Assembly (NCBI GenBank): GCA_964455625.1
Contig: CAYVXZ010000002.1
Coordinates: forward strand, 60,949-124,948
Length of the DNA: 64,000 nucleotides
Direction of reading: 5' to 3'
Origin: an uncultured Planctomycetales bacterium
GTDB taxonomy: Bacteria > Planctomycetota > SBBH01
The position numbers and the translations under genes are program-made. Below the pieces are notes generated by a model that saw nothing but the letters and a program-made list of their open reading frames with translations, ran no database searches and had not been told where the DNA came from. Shown piece after piece: positions 39,108-48,227 of the stretch. How positions within the stretch are numbered: position 1 is the stretch's first letter; every line of letters begins with the position of its first letter.

Positions 39108-40268
39108 ATGATCATGATCAAGCGGTTCATTCCGGCGGTCGCGATTGTCCTTGCGGGGGCGTTTGCCCCGGTGGTCCGTGCCGATGAGGAGGCCGTGACG
39201 ATCCCGCTCCTTTCGCGGATGTGCCCGATCGTGCGGGGGGAGGCGGGGTCGGGACGCGCCGCCGACTTCGCGCTCGACACGGGAGGGGCCGGGGGTCTTC
39301 TCCTTTCGCGGAAGGCCGCCACCGACTGGAAGCTGGAACTGAAGGAATGGACCGGTCCCGGGATCCTGGACAGCGGAAACCGGGTCACCCAGCCGAAGAG
39401 CGTCCTTCTGGAGGGGTTTTGCCTGGGTGGGAACGGCGGCGGGCTCCGGATGGACGTCGAGGCGCTTGTCGCCGACCTCCCGAAGACCCTGGGCCTCTCC
39501 GGGATCGTCGGGGTCCAGGTGTTCAAGGGGCGACCGCTTTTTTTCAATGTTCCCGAGGGGAAGGTGCGGGTCCTTCCGGCCGGGGATGCCGGGGCGTGGC
39601 TCGCGAAGAACGACCCCGGACGGTCCTGGGTTTCCTTGCCGTTCGAATGGCGGCAGAACCATCCCGTCGTGACGCTCCACGCGCCGGACGGGCAGGGGAT
39701 CCCGCTACTGTTCGATACGGGTGCCAATGCCACCATCCTGCTTCGCGACCGGATGGACGAGGCGAAGGGAATGAAACTGGGTCCCTGGACGGTCTCGACC
39801 CCCATCTCCCCGACACCTTCCCGGAACGCGATCATGACGGCGGCGAAGGTGGACGGGCTTCTGGGATTCGACGTCATGGGGCTCATTCCGTTCGTTTTCG
39901 ACGGGGCAGGGTCGAGGCTGTGGGTCGCCTCCCCGCCGGATGGGATGGAGGCCGTCCTGAAGATCCCGCGTGCCGACCGCGCCCGCCGGCATTTCGAAGA
40001 CCCGTACCCGGCGATCCGGATCCGGGCGGCCGAAAGCGTCGCGCGGGGAAAGACGAAAGAGAACGCCTCCCGGGTCGCGAAGCTCCTGGATGACGCGGAA
40101 CCGGCCGTCCGGGAAGCGGCCGCCTCGGCACTGATGGGCTTGGCCGGCGAGGAGTGGCCTGTCGCGGCCGCCGAGCGCCTCGCCAAGGCCCGCGCCTGGT
40201 GGGAGGCGCGCAGGGACGACCCGGCGTACGCCCGCCCGGCGGAGCGACCGTCAGGTTCCGCGGAATGA
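39108..40268 (+). CDS. secreted pepsin/retropepsin-like aspartic protease with C-terminal HEAT-like region
   Basis: Signal peptide. Two D-T-G active-site triads (FALDTGGAGG and LLFDTGANAT). C-terminal EDPYPAIRIRAAESV...DAEPAVREAAASAL HEAT-like repeats. Confidence 0.55.
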   Translation: MIMIKRFIPAVAIVLAGAFAPVVRADEEAVTIPLLSRMCPIVRGEAGSGRAADFALDTGGAGGLLLSRKAATDWKLELKEWTGPGILDSGNRVTQPKSVLLEGFCLGGNGGGLRMDVEALVADLPKTLGLSGIVGVQVFKGRPLFFNVPEGKVRVLPAGDAGAWLAKNDPGRSWVSLPFEWRQNHPVVTLHAPDGQGIPLLFDTGANATILLRDRMDEAKGMKLGPWTVSTPISPTPSRNAIMTAAKVDGLLGFDVMGLIPFVFDGAGSRLWVASPPDGMEAVLKIPRADRARRHFEDPYPAIRIRAAESVARGKTKENASRVAKLLDDAEPAVREAAASALMGLAGEEWPVAAAERLAKARAWWEARRDDPAYARPAERPSGSAE

Positions 40269-40392
40269 CCGGATCTGCGCTAGGCCCCTTCGATAAACAG
40301 ACGTCAGGCCCTCTCAGTTTTTTTGCGGTTCCCGGCGGTCGGGGGTTAAATCCCCGCGCGTCCGGAAGGGGCGCCGCGAAAGGAGAGGGGAG

Positions 40393-40974
40393 ATGATCGG
40401 ATATGTCGCGGGAGGGCTAGAGCGGTCGGCCTGGGATCCGGGAATCCCGTCCGTGGCTCGGGATCTCCTGCATTCCTTTCGCGTGCCGCAGACGGAGGTC
40501 TCCGAGATCATCTGGTTCGCGATCGGGGCCATGGGGGTGGCGCTTCTTTTTCGGGGGGCTTTCCTTTTTGAGCGGCACTTCGCCCGCCGGCGCGCTGGGT
40601 GCCGCCTGCCGGCGATCCGGGAGGGGCGGCGAAGGCACTATCGCGTTCCGGTCCGCCTTCCGGTGCGCGTCGCGCTTCCGGGCCCGGGGCGCCCTGTTCG
40701 CGGCACGATCACGGACATCTCGGCGGAAGGGGCCGCGCTGCTCCTGGACCGGGCGATCCCCGAGAAGACCTGTCTGACGCTTTCGCTGGCCGTGGAGCGC
40801 CGGGACGAGATCCTGGCCGCCGAAATCATCGGCAGCGCACCGCATCCGCAAGGCCGGATGCTCCGTTGCCGGTTCGTGGCCGGCTCCTCCGGCCGCAGGC
40901 AGCATCTGGCCCGACTGGCCGCGGGCTTCGAGAGGGCTCGGATCCGGTTCCGCAGGTCGCTGGTTCCGGCGTGA
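40393..40974 (+). CDS. PilZ domain protein (putative c-di-GMP receptor)
   Basis: AAAGGAGAGGGGAG then ATG. RRHYRVPVRLPVRV ... GTITDISAEGAAL matches the PilZ RxxxR...D/NxSxxG motifs. Confidence 0.65.
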   Translation: MIGYVAGGLERSAWDPGIPSVARDLLHSFRVPQTEVSEIIWFAIGAMGVALLFRGAFLFERHFARRRAGCRLPAIREGRRRHYRVPVRLPVRVALPGPGRPVRGTITDISAEGAALLLDRAIPEKTCLTLSLAVERRDEILAAEIIGSAPHPQGRMLRCRFVAGSSGRRQHLARLAAGFERARIRFRRSLVPA

Positions 40975-41046
40975 TCACGCGCGGCGCGCAGGTGATGAAG
41001 TTCCGTCGCTCAAACCGGGGAGGGGTATGCCGTGAGGAAAAGAAAA

Positions 41047-42366
41047 ATGCTCGCAACGGGCACTCTTGTGGCCGTGGCTTGGGGAGCCTTCGGCGTCGGC
41101 CTAGGGGGGACGTTCGAGGGTCCTGCCGCACCTGTCTACCGGACCTATTCGGGCCAGGCCCAGGGAGACAGGTTCGGAGGTGAGGTTGTCAGCGGGGGGG
41201 ACGTGAACGGCGACGGCGTCCAGGATTACGCGGTTTCCGCGATCGGATACGGGGGGACTTCCGGGACCGGGGTCGGCAGGATCCACGTCTATTCTGGCAA
41301 GACGGGCAAGTTGCTCTGGACCGCGGACGGGACGCAGGAGCATGACACGAATACTCATAGTGGCGGAAAACACAGATCGGATCTGGCGATCGTCGAGGAT
41401 CTCGACGGGGATGGCCTGGACGATCTCCTAGTCGGGGATGCCCTGTTCGACGGGCCGGCGGGCGTCGAGAGCGGTCAGGTGAGGATCTACTCGGGCACCG
41501 GGGCGTTGTTGGGGGTCTTGCATGGGGACACGATTTTCTCGTTCTTCGGCTCCACGGTGTCCGGCGTCGGCGACGTGGATGGGGACGGGAAAGGGGAATT
41601 CATCGTGGGAGCCCCCCGCCGTAATCCTCATGGGCGCGTGTATCTGTACACGCTGGATGTTCGCGGGAACCCCGCGCTGATAAGGACTTGGGACACCACT
41701 CCCATTTTTGGATTCTTACACGTAGGGGGCTTCGGCTTCGCCCTGTCCGGGATCGGCGACTTCAACGGGGACGGAACCCCGGATTTCGTGGCTGTAGCGC
41801 CGGATTACCCGCAGGGGACGAGTTACACCGTACTGTCTGTTTATTCGACGAGCGGTCCCTTGCTATGGACGGACCTGGAGGCAGCGCACGGGAATGAGGG
41901 CGGGCACGCCATCGGTATCGGCGATGTGAACGGGGATGGCTATGACGATATGGCCGTGGATTCGAAGGAGTACGGCGGCAATAAGGTACAGGTCTATTTG
42001 GGAGGGGCCAGCGGGACCGGCACCCTTCATTTCGTCGTCCACGGGGTCCGTAGGCAGGGCATGAAGCTGGGGCAACAGATCTCCGCCGCGGATCTTGATG
42101 GAGACGGCCTGAACGATGTCATCATCGGAAGCGTCCCTTCGGCAAGCGAGAAGGGCCGTGTAGCCGTCTACTCGGGCCTGACGGGGCAGGAAATCCTCGC
42201 TTGGACTGGAGGCGAGCCGGGGGCCGGGGGGGAGGAAACAAGCGCCTATGGAGGGGCGGTGGCGGGCATCGATGACCTGAACGGGGACGGCAGGGCCGAA
42301 ATCCTTGTCGGCGACTGGAGGTCCAGGCTGGAAACCGGAAAGGTCCAGGTTTTATCGGGACGCTGA
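41047..42366 (+). CDS. secreted FG-GAP repeat protein, second copy
   Basis: Signal peptide MLATGTLVAVAWGAFGVGLGG. Repeated GDVNGDGVQDYAVS, DLDGDGLDDLLVG, GDVDGDGKGEFIVG, GDFNGDGTPDFVAV, GDVNGDGYDDMAVD, DLDGDGLNDVIIG, DLNGDGRAEILVG. Confidence 0.7.
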   Translation: MLATGTLVAVAWGAFGVGLGGTFEGPAAPVYRTYSGQAQGDRFGGEVVSGGDVNGDGVQDYAVSAIGYGGTSGTGVGRIHVYSGKTGKLLWTADGTQEHDTNTHSGGKHRSDLAIVEDLDGDGLDDLLVGDALFDGPAGVESGQVRIYSGTGALLGVLHGDTIFSFFGSTVSGVGDVDGDGKGEFIVGAPRRNPHGRVYLYTLDVRGNPALIRTWDTTPIFGFLHVGGFGFALSGIGDFNGDGTPDFVAVAPDYPQGTSYTVLSVYSTSGPLLWTDLEAAHGNEGGHAIGIGDVNGDGYDDMAVDSKEYGGNKVQVYLGGASGTGTLHFVVHGVRRQGMKLGQQISAADLDGDGLNDVIIGSVPSASEKGRVAVYSGLTGQEILAWTGGEPGAGGEETSAYGGAVAGIDDLNGDGRAEILVGDWRSRLETGKVQVLSGR

Positions 42367-42418
42367 CCGGATTTCAGGGAAGGGGCCACCGCCCGCCGTC
42401 CGTAACGGCGGGCGGTTT

Positions 42419-43009
42419 CTATTTGTAGTGCTCCGGCACCAGCTCCCGCTCGACCCCCTCGATGAGGACGTGCAGGAGCATCATGTGGAGCTCCTGGATG
42501 CGGTCCGACGTCGCTCCGGGGACGACGATCGCCTCATCGCAGAGAAGCTTCAGCTTTCCGCCCCCCTTGCCCAGAAAGCCGACGACGGTCATCTGGCGCT
42601 TCTTCGCCGCCTGGGCCGCCCGGACAAGGTTTTCGGAGTTCCCGCTGGTGGACAGGACGAACAGCATGTCCCCCGGATGCCCCAGGGCGGTGACGGGGCG
42701 CGCGAAGATCTCCTCGAAGCCGTAGTCGTTCGCCACGCAGGTGATGTGGGAGGGGTCAGCGAGGGCGATCACCGGGAAGGGCTCCCGGTCCTTCCGGTAG
42801 CGGCCGGTCCATTCCTCGGCGAAATGGGTGGCGTCGGAGAGGCTCCCGCCGTTCCCGCAGGCGAAGGCGCGCCCCCGGCGCTTGATGAGATCCCGGAGCT
42901 GGGCCCCCACCCGGTCGAGGAAGGGGACCGTCCCGGGGTCGGCCATGAGGCGGTCCAGGACCTCACGGGCTTCTCCCAGAGCCGTTGCGTAGTGACGACT
43001 GATGGCGGA
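42419..43009 (-). CDS. gmhA: D-sedoheptulose-7-phosphate isomerase (SIS domain) GmhA
   Basis: Trimmed to ATG at 43009 (MSAISRHY). SIS-domain motifs ([32 protein letters not shown]). About 197 aa. Confidence 0.7.
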   Translation of the reverse strand, partial: SAISRHYATALGEAREVLDRLMADPGTVPFLDRVGAQLRDLIKRRGRAFACGNGGSLSDATHFAEEWTGRYRKDREPFPVIALADPSHITCVANDYGFEEIFARPVTALGHPGDMLFVLSTSGNSENLVRAAQAAKKRQMTVVGFLGKGGGKLKLLCDEAIVVPGATSDRIQELHMMLLHVLIEGVERELVPEHYK

Positions 43010-43119
43010 CATGGGCGGATCATATACAAGGATTCGCGCGAAGAGAATGGTGTGAACAGAAGACAGAAACCGGGATGTGCCGTTGTCACGGGGGACCGGA
43101 ATTATTTTCGTGCGAATCC

Positions 43120-43147
43120 TTGACAACAAACAAATGTTTGCTATTCT
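43120..43147 (+). promoter_or_regulatory. candidate sigma-70 promoter (TTGACA-N16-TATTCT) with embedded perfect palindrome CAAACAAATGTTTG upstream of recA
   Basis: TTGACA at 43120-43125. CAAACA-AA-TGTTTG at 43127-43140. TATTCT at 43142-43147. AT-richer patch in a 70% GC background. Palindrome loosely resembles GAAC-N4-GTTC (Cheo-type) LexA boxes. Confidence 0.35.
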
Positions 43148-43275
43148 TCGGTCATCGGCGTCCGGTCAGCAAGGGCACGGCCAGGAGGCGGCTCCCGGCG
43201 GGTCCGGACACGGGGGGGTGGACGAGGACGCCGGTGTCACGAAAAGTCCGCCTGGTGGCGGAGAAAGGGGTCTGC

Positions 43276-44391
43276 ATGGGCATGTCAGCCGCGGTGGAGA
43301 AAGAAAAGGAGAAGGAGGGAAAAAAAGAGGTCACCGCCCCCCCGAAGCCACAGGGGATCTCCCCGGCGCGCAAGGAGGCCCTGGTCTCGGCCCTGAAGCT
43401 GATCGAGAAGTCGTTCGGGAAGGAGGCGATCCGCCGCCTGGGGGACCGCGCCATCGATCCGATCGACACCATCTCGACCGGGTCGTTGTCGCTGGATCTG
43501 GCCCTAGGGGTGGGGGGGCTTCCCCGCGGGCGCGTGGTCGAGGTGTTCGGACCGGAGTCGTCCGGGAAGACCACGATCGCCCTGCATGTCGTGGCGAACG
43601 CCCAGCGGGCGGGGGGGGTGGCGGCGTTCGTCGATGCCGAGCATGCCCTGGACCCGGCCTACGCGCGGAAGCTGGGTGTGGATCTCGAGAACCTCCTGAT
43701 CTCGCAGCCGGACACCGGCGAGCAGGCGCTGGGGATCGTCGAGATGCTGGTGCGGTCCGACGCGGTGGACGTCGTGGTGGTCGACTCGGTGGCGGCGCTC
43801 CTTCCCAAGGCGGAGCTCGAGGGGGAGATGGGGGATTCCCACGTGGGCCTGCAGGCGCGGCTCATGTCGCAGGCGCTCCGGAAGCTCACCGGCGCCATCA
43901 ACCAGTCGAAGACGATCGTGATCTTCATCAACCAGTTGCGCGAGAAGATCGGGGTCATGTTCGGAAACCCCGAGACCACCTCGGGCGGGCGGGCGCTCAA
44001 GTTCTACGCGTCGGTGCGCCTCGACGTGCGGCGGATCCAGAGCATCAAGTCGGGAGAGGAGAACCTGGGGAACCGCACCAAGGTGACGGTGGTGAAGAAC
44101 AAGGTGGCGCCCCCGTTCCGCCGGGCCGAGTTCGACATGGTGTTCGGGCAGGGGATCTCCTGGGCGGGGGATGTCCTCGACATGGGGGAGATCACGGGGG
44201 TCGTCAGGAAGACCGGGGCCTCCTGGTACGAGTTCGGGCAGACGAAGCTGGGGCATGGCCGCCCCGCCGCCATCGCTTACCTCAAGGAGAACCGGGATGT
44301 CCTCGCGGAGATCGCCGCCAAGGTGCGCTCCGCCCGGATGGCGGCCGTTGCCGCTCCGGCATCGGCCCCGGAGAAGGCCGCGGAGGAGTAG
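43276..44391 (+). CDS. recA: recombinase RecA
   Basis: GAGAAAGGGG then ATG at 43276. GPESSGKTT Walker A. Full RecA core ([46 protein letters not shown]). Confidence 0.9.
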   Translation: MGMSAAVEKEKEKEGKKEVTAPPKPQGISPARKEALVSALKLIEKSFGKEAIRRLGDRAIDPIDTISTGSLSLDLALGVGGLPRGRVVEVFGPESSGKTTIALHVVANAQRAGGVAAFVDAEHALDPAYARKLGVDLENLLISQPDTGEQALGIVEMLVRSDAVDVVVVDSVAALLPKAELEGEMGDSHVGLQARLMSQALRKLTGAINQSKTIVIFINQLREKIGVMFGNPETTSGGRALKFYASVRLDVRRIQSIKSGEENLGNRTKVTVVKNKVAPPFRRAEFDMVFGQGISWAGDVLDMGEITGVVRKTGASWYEFGQTKLGHGRPAAIAYLKENRDVLAEIAAKVRSARMAAVAAPASAPEKAAEE

Positions 44392-44449
44392 GGGAACCGT
44401 TAAACGCGGGTCATGACAGTCGTGCGCGAAGACATGAAAGGAGGCTTTT

Positions 44450-44737
44450 ATGGGACAGCCCTTGACGCGGTTCACGAACGGAAAGATCCAGCTCTCGGTC
44501 TGGGAAAACGAGGGGGCCAAGGGGAAGTATCACAGCATCAAGATCGGGAAGCGGTACAAGGACCCGAAGACGGGCGAATGGCGCGATTCGGGAAGTTTTT
44601 TCGCCGGGGAACTTCCCCATCTACAGGGCCTGCTCCAGCAGGCGATCGATTTCCTGGCCGACGGAAATCCCCTTCCGGACGGCGGGTCTGACGGGGGGGA
44701 GGAGGCCGGGCGGGACCAGCGGATGGCGCGGGTGTGA
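44450..44737 (+). CDS. hypothetical small protein
   Basis: AAAGGAGG at 44436-44443 then ATG. 95 aa, Lys-rich N-terminal half. Candidate hairpin CCGGGAGGGCGGC-gtga-GCCGCCCTCCCGG just downstream (44749-44778). Confidence 0.45.
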   Translation: MGQPLTRFTNGKIQLSVWENEGAKGKYHSIKIGKRYKDPKTGEWRDSGSFFAGELPHLQGLLQQAIDFLADGNPLPDGGSDGGEEAGRDQRMARV

Positions 44738-44972
44738 CGGTCGCTCCTCCGGGAGGGCGGCGTGAGCCGCCCTCCCGGACGGGGCATGAATTTTCAGGAA
44801 AGACGGGGATTTTCCGGAAAGTGATTTCCCCGTCAGGTCGATAACCGGAATAGGCCGCTTTCCCTCTCCCGGGATTTCAGGCCGCCCGTGCCGCCAGGGC
44901 TCATCCGGGCGTCCGGGCACCTTCATCCCGCCTCACGGCACGGCCCGGGACGTGAAAAGAAAGGAGAGGGCC

Positions 44973-45302
44973 ATGAAGTCCATGAAGTCGTTGAAGCTCA
45001 AGGTGGACGAGAGGTTGTACCGCCAGGTCCAGGAAATCTGCCAGGCGGCCGGGATCGCGCGCGAGGACCTGATCGAGACGTTTTTCCGGCAGGCGGTCGT
45101 CGGGGCCGCGAAGGGGGCGTCCGGCCTTTCCTCGCCCAAGTACCTCTTCCCCGAAATGGAAGAGGACTGGACCCGGGAGGCGCTGGAGGGGACCGGCGAA
45201 GGGGGGATCGCGAGCTCCCTCAACGCGGAGGCGGTCTGCGCCTACGCCCGGGAGCTGGCCAAGGCGTTCGAGACCAACGCCTCGCACGCACCCGGGGTAT
45301 AA
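44973..45302 (+). CDS. hypothetical protein with ribbon-helix-helix-like N-terminus
   Basis: AAAGGAGAGGG then ATG at 44973. N-terminal SLKLKVDERLYRQVQEICQAAGIAREDLIETFFRQAV resembles the CopG/Arc-type RHH pattern (basic beta-strand then two helices). Confidence 0.4.
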   Translation: MKSMKSLKLKVDERLYRQVQEICQAAGIAREDLIETFFRQAVVGAAKGASGLSSPKYLFPEMEEDWTREALEGTGEGGIASSLNAEAVCAYARELAKAFETNASHAPGV

Positions 45303-45309
45303 TCCCCGG

Positions 45310-46890
45310 ATGCGCTCAAGTTGCTTGGCGCTTGTCCTGGGGATGGCGTTCGTTCTGACGGTTCCCGTCCAGGCGGCCGGCAAGAAGAACAAGGCGGCGG
45401 AGCCCGGAAAGACCGAGGAGATCCCGTTCGGCGAGCCGTACCTGCTGGGGTCGATCGGCGCGAAGGGGCTCGTCAAGAAAGACCATATCATCATCACGGA
45501 GATCGAGGCCGGGTCTCCCGCCGAGGCGGGAAAGCTGGCCGTCGGCGACAAGATCGTGGGGATCAAGGTCCCCGGGATCGGGACGGCCCTTTTCCGGGAC
45601 CTCTCGCAGACCGAGTCGCCGTTCACGCTGTTCACGAGCGCTTTGACGCGGGCCGCTTCCGGCCCCAAGGAGAAGTGCCGGCTGACGATGCTGGTCGAGC
45701 GGGGCGGGAAGACGGATGACTACACCGTGAAACCCGAGAGAAGCAAGAAGCACGCGAAGGGGTGTCCCAAGAGCTGCAAGCAGTGCGACGTGGTGATCCG
45801 GGAGGCCCTGGACTGGCTTGCCGCCCGGCAGATGGACGACGAGAAGAAGCCCAAGAGCCTTACCGCCTGGACCGTGGAGGAGTCGGTCCGCGGGCTCGCC
45901 TTCATCGCGGACGGGAAGACGACCCCCCAAGGAGGGCCCTACACGAAATCCCTCATCGATTGCATCAAGATCGTGGTTGAGGGGGTCCAGTTCGCGATCG
46001 AGAGCTCCGCCGCCTCCAATCGCGAGGACGCCGACCCGGAGGAGGGGGGCGGCAAGATGGAGAACTGGGCCCTGGGGCTCGGGGGGCTCTTCCTCACGGA
46101 GCTCTACGCCAAGTTCGGCGCGGACGCCATCAATGTGGGGGGAGTGAAGTACCGCAACGCGAGCGGCGGGTGGGGGACCCCGCCGCAGGGAGCGTTGGTG
46201 GATCTCCTCGCGAAGATCGCCAAGCGCCTGGCGGCGAACCAGGAGACGAGCGGCGGCTGGTCGCACGGCGGTCAGGTGGGCTCTCCCAACAATCTCAAGT
46301 ACATCGAGTTCATGGCGGTCAGCAACTGGTGCCTGGCGGCCCTGGGACGGATGAGCGAGTCGGGGATCCCGGTCCCTCCCGGGACGCTCAAGAAGGCGAT
46401 CGCCTACGCGCAGGGGTGCAGCCACAACGGCGGAGTCGCCTACGCCGCCGGGGCGAAATATGCCGGAACCGGACAGATCGGCCGCACCGGCGGGACGCTC
46501 TTCGCCTTCTGGTGCGGGGGGCTCACGAAGGAGCCCTTGTTCCTCGAGATGGAGCGCTACGTCGAGAAGACGATCGACAAGATGCCGGACGGCCACGCCT
46601 CTCCCACGATGCACTTCCTGGCGTGCGGCCTCGGCGCGAGCCGCGACGGGTTCGACGCGCCGGTCTGGAAGGAATTCTGGGACAACTACATCCCCAAGAT
46701 GGAGTCGCTCCGGAAGGCGGACGGCAGTTTCGCGCTCTGGCCCTCGGATGTCGGGAACGATCCGAAGTGGGGCGGGCTGATTCCGGAGTCGCAGCTTCCG
46801 CTCGCCTGGCCGACCGCGGCTCACGCCCTCCTGATGCAGCTTCCGCAGGGCGAGATCTTCGAGCCGCTCCGGAAAAAGAAAAAGCGGTAG
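45310..46890 (+). CDS. secreted PDZ-domain protein with C-terminal alpha/alpha-toroid (prenyltransferase/terpene-cyclase-like) repeats
   Basis: Signal peptide MRSSCLALVLGMAFVLTVPVQA. PDZ-like EIEAGSPAEAGKLAVGDKIVGI. Repeated GGW-type motifs (SGGWSHGG, NGGVAYAAG, DGSFALWPSD). Confidence 0.5.
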   Translation: MRSSCLALVLGMAFVLTVPVQAAGKKNKAAEPGKTEEIPFGEPYLLGSIGAKGLVKKDHIIITEIEAGSPAEAGKLAVGDKIVGIKVPGIGTALFRDLSQTESPFTLFTSALTRAASGPKEKCRLTMLVERGGKTDDYTVKPERSKKHAKGCPKSCKQCDVVIREALDWLAARQMDDEKKPKSLTAWTVEESVRGLAFIADGKTTPQGGPYTKSLIDCIKIVVEGVQFAIESSAASNREDADPEEGGGKMENWALGLGGLFLTELYAKFGADAINVGGVKYRNASGGWGTPPQGALVDLLAKIAKRLAANQETSGGWSHGGQVGSPNNLKYIEFMAVSNWCLAALGRMSESGIPVPPGTLKKAIAYAQGCSHNGGVAYAAGAKYAGTGQIGRTGGTLFAFWCGGLTKEPLFLEMERYVEKTIDKMPDGHASPTMHFLACGLGASRDGFDAPVWKEFWDNYIPKMESLRKADGSFALWPSDVGNDPKWGGLIPESQLPLAWPTAAHALLMQLPQGEIFEPLRKKKKR

Positions 46891-47010
46891 ACACTTTCCG
46901 GGGGAGTGTCATCTTTCCGGAGACACCCCGGTTGGATTCGCACCAGTATGAACTTTAACATAAGACATTTGTTTATTTGAGTTGCATATCGCTATTTCAT
47001 GGCGTGACGA

Positions 47011-47026
47011 TGGTATGTTGTTTGCG
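47011..47026 (+). promoter_or_regulatory. candidate sigma-54 promoter (TGGTAT-N4-TTTGCG; GG-N10-GC spacing)
   Basis: GG at 47012-13 and GC at 47024-25 with exactly 10 nt between them, as in TGGCAC-N5-TTGC. About 33 nt upstream of the response-regulator ATG. Inside an unusual AT-rich stretch at 46930-47050. Confidence 0.3.
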
Positions 47027-47058
47027 CTCTTTCATATCGTGATCGACAAGGAGGGAGC

Positions 47059-47448
47059 ATGATCGCGAAGCGCCGCATACTGCTGGTCGATGACGAACCG
47101 GATTTCCTGACGGGGATGCGCTCCTCGCTTGAGCGGGCCGGCTACGAGGTGCGCACCGCCGACGCGGGACAGGCGGCCTGGAATATCGTCCGTGAGGAGA
47201 AGATCGATCTCGTGCTCCTCGACGTGAACCTTCCGGATGTGAGCGGGATCGACGTCTGCCGACGGATCCGGATGGACATCCACCTGTGCACCCTGCCGGT
47301 GATCCTCGTCACCGTCCGGACCGGCATGTCGGACGTCCTGGCGGGGTTCGCGTCGGGGGCGACCGAGTACCTTGCCAAGCCCGTGCGCCAGGAGGAGCTC
47401 CTGGACCATGTGAAGAAGCTGATGGGCGGAGAGGCCCAGAACTCGTGA
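47059..47448 (+). CDS. single-domain response regulator (CheY-like receiver)
   Basis: CAAGGAGGGAGC then ATG. ILLVDDEPDF, DLVLLDVNLPDVSG (phospho-acceptor Asp) and conserved Lys in YLAKP. Confidence 0.8.
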   Translation: MIAKRRILLVDDEPDFLTGMRSSLERAGYEVRTADAGQAAWNIVREEKIDLVLLDVNLPDVSGIDVCRRIRMDIHLCTLPVILVTVRTGMSDVLAGFASGATEYLAKPVRQEELLDHVKKLMGGEAQNS

Positions 47449-48227
47449 GGGCCGGGATCGCCGCTCTGTGCCTCCTGGCGACGGCGTCCGCCGCCTCCGG
47501 GGATGAAACGGCCGAAGCGAAAAAAGCGGACCCGCGCGCCTGGATCGTTTCCCTGGCGCGAAACGCCGCGGGAGAGGCCGGACCGGCCGCAGCGGCCGGA
47601 GAGATCGCCGCGCGCGGCGAGGAGGGGCGCGCGGCGCTGTCGGGGCTGCTGGACGATGTCCGGAAGCAGCCGCGCGCGGTCCGCGAGGGATCCGTGCGCC
47701 TGGCGGGAGCGCTCGCGCTGCGCGAGGCCGAGCCGCGGATCACGGCGCTCGCCCTGCGCGACCCGGACAGGGAGGTCCGTTCGGCCGCCGCGGACTGGGT
47801 CGCCGGGGTCGTCGGGGAGACGCCGCCGGCGGCCCTCAAGGCGCTCTGCGCCGGCGACGAGAGCGACGCGCGCCACGCCGCCGAGCTGGTGGCCGTGGTC
47901 GGCGACCGGCAGGGTGTCGAGACGATGGTGAAGGTCGTCCGGATGGTGATCGAGGCGCGTCTCGACCAGACGGTCGTGAGCGGGTTCCGCGAGATTGATG
48001 TCAGCGGGGGGCTCCAGGACGATCCGGGCAATCCCCGGCCGCCCGATGCCCGTCCCCTGAATATCGAGCTCCCCGAGGTGGAGCATGTCTCCGTCCGGAC
48101 GACGGTCTCTTCTTCCGCCGCGAAGTCGGTCCGGAAGGTGTTCCAGGAGCGCGTTGCCCGCCGCTCCTTCGAGACACCCGCCGAGCTCGACCGCTGGTGG
48201 GACGGATCGAAGGATTCTTTCCGCTGA
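47445..48227 (+). CDS. secreted HEAT-like repeat protein
   Basis: GTG start overlapping the response-regulator stop (GTGA). Signal peptide MRAGIAALCLLATASAASG. Repeated alpha-helical Ala/Arg-rich units (DPDREVRSAAADWVAG). Confidence 0.5.
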   Translation: MRAGIAALCLLATASAASGDETAEAKKADPRAWIVSLARNAAGEAGPAAAAGEIAARGEEGRAALSGLLDDVRKQPRAVREGSVRLAGALALREAEPRITALALRDPDREVRSAAADWVAGVVGETPPAALKALCAGDESDARHAAELVAVVGDRQGVETMVKVVRMVIEARLDQTVVSGFREIDVSGGLQDDPGNPRPPDARPLNIELPEVEHVSVRTTVSSSAAKSVRKVFQERVARRSFETPAELDRWWDGSKDSFR

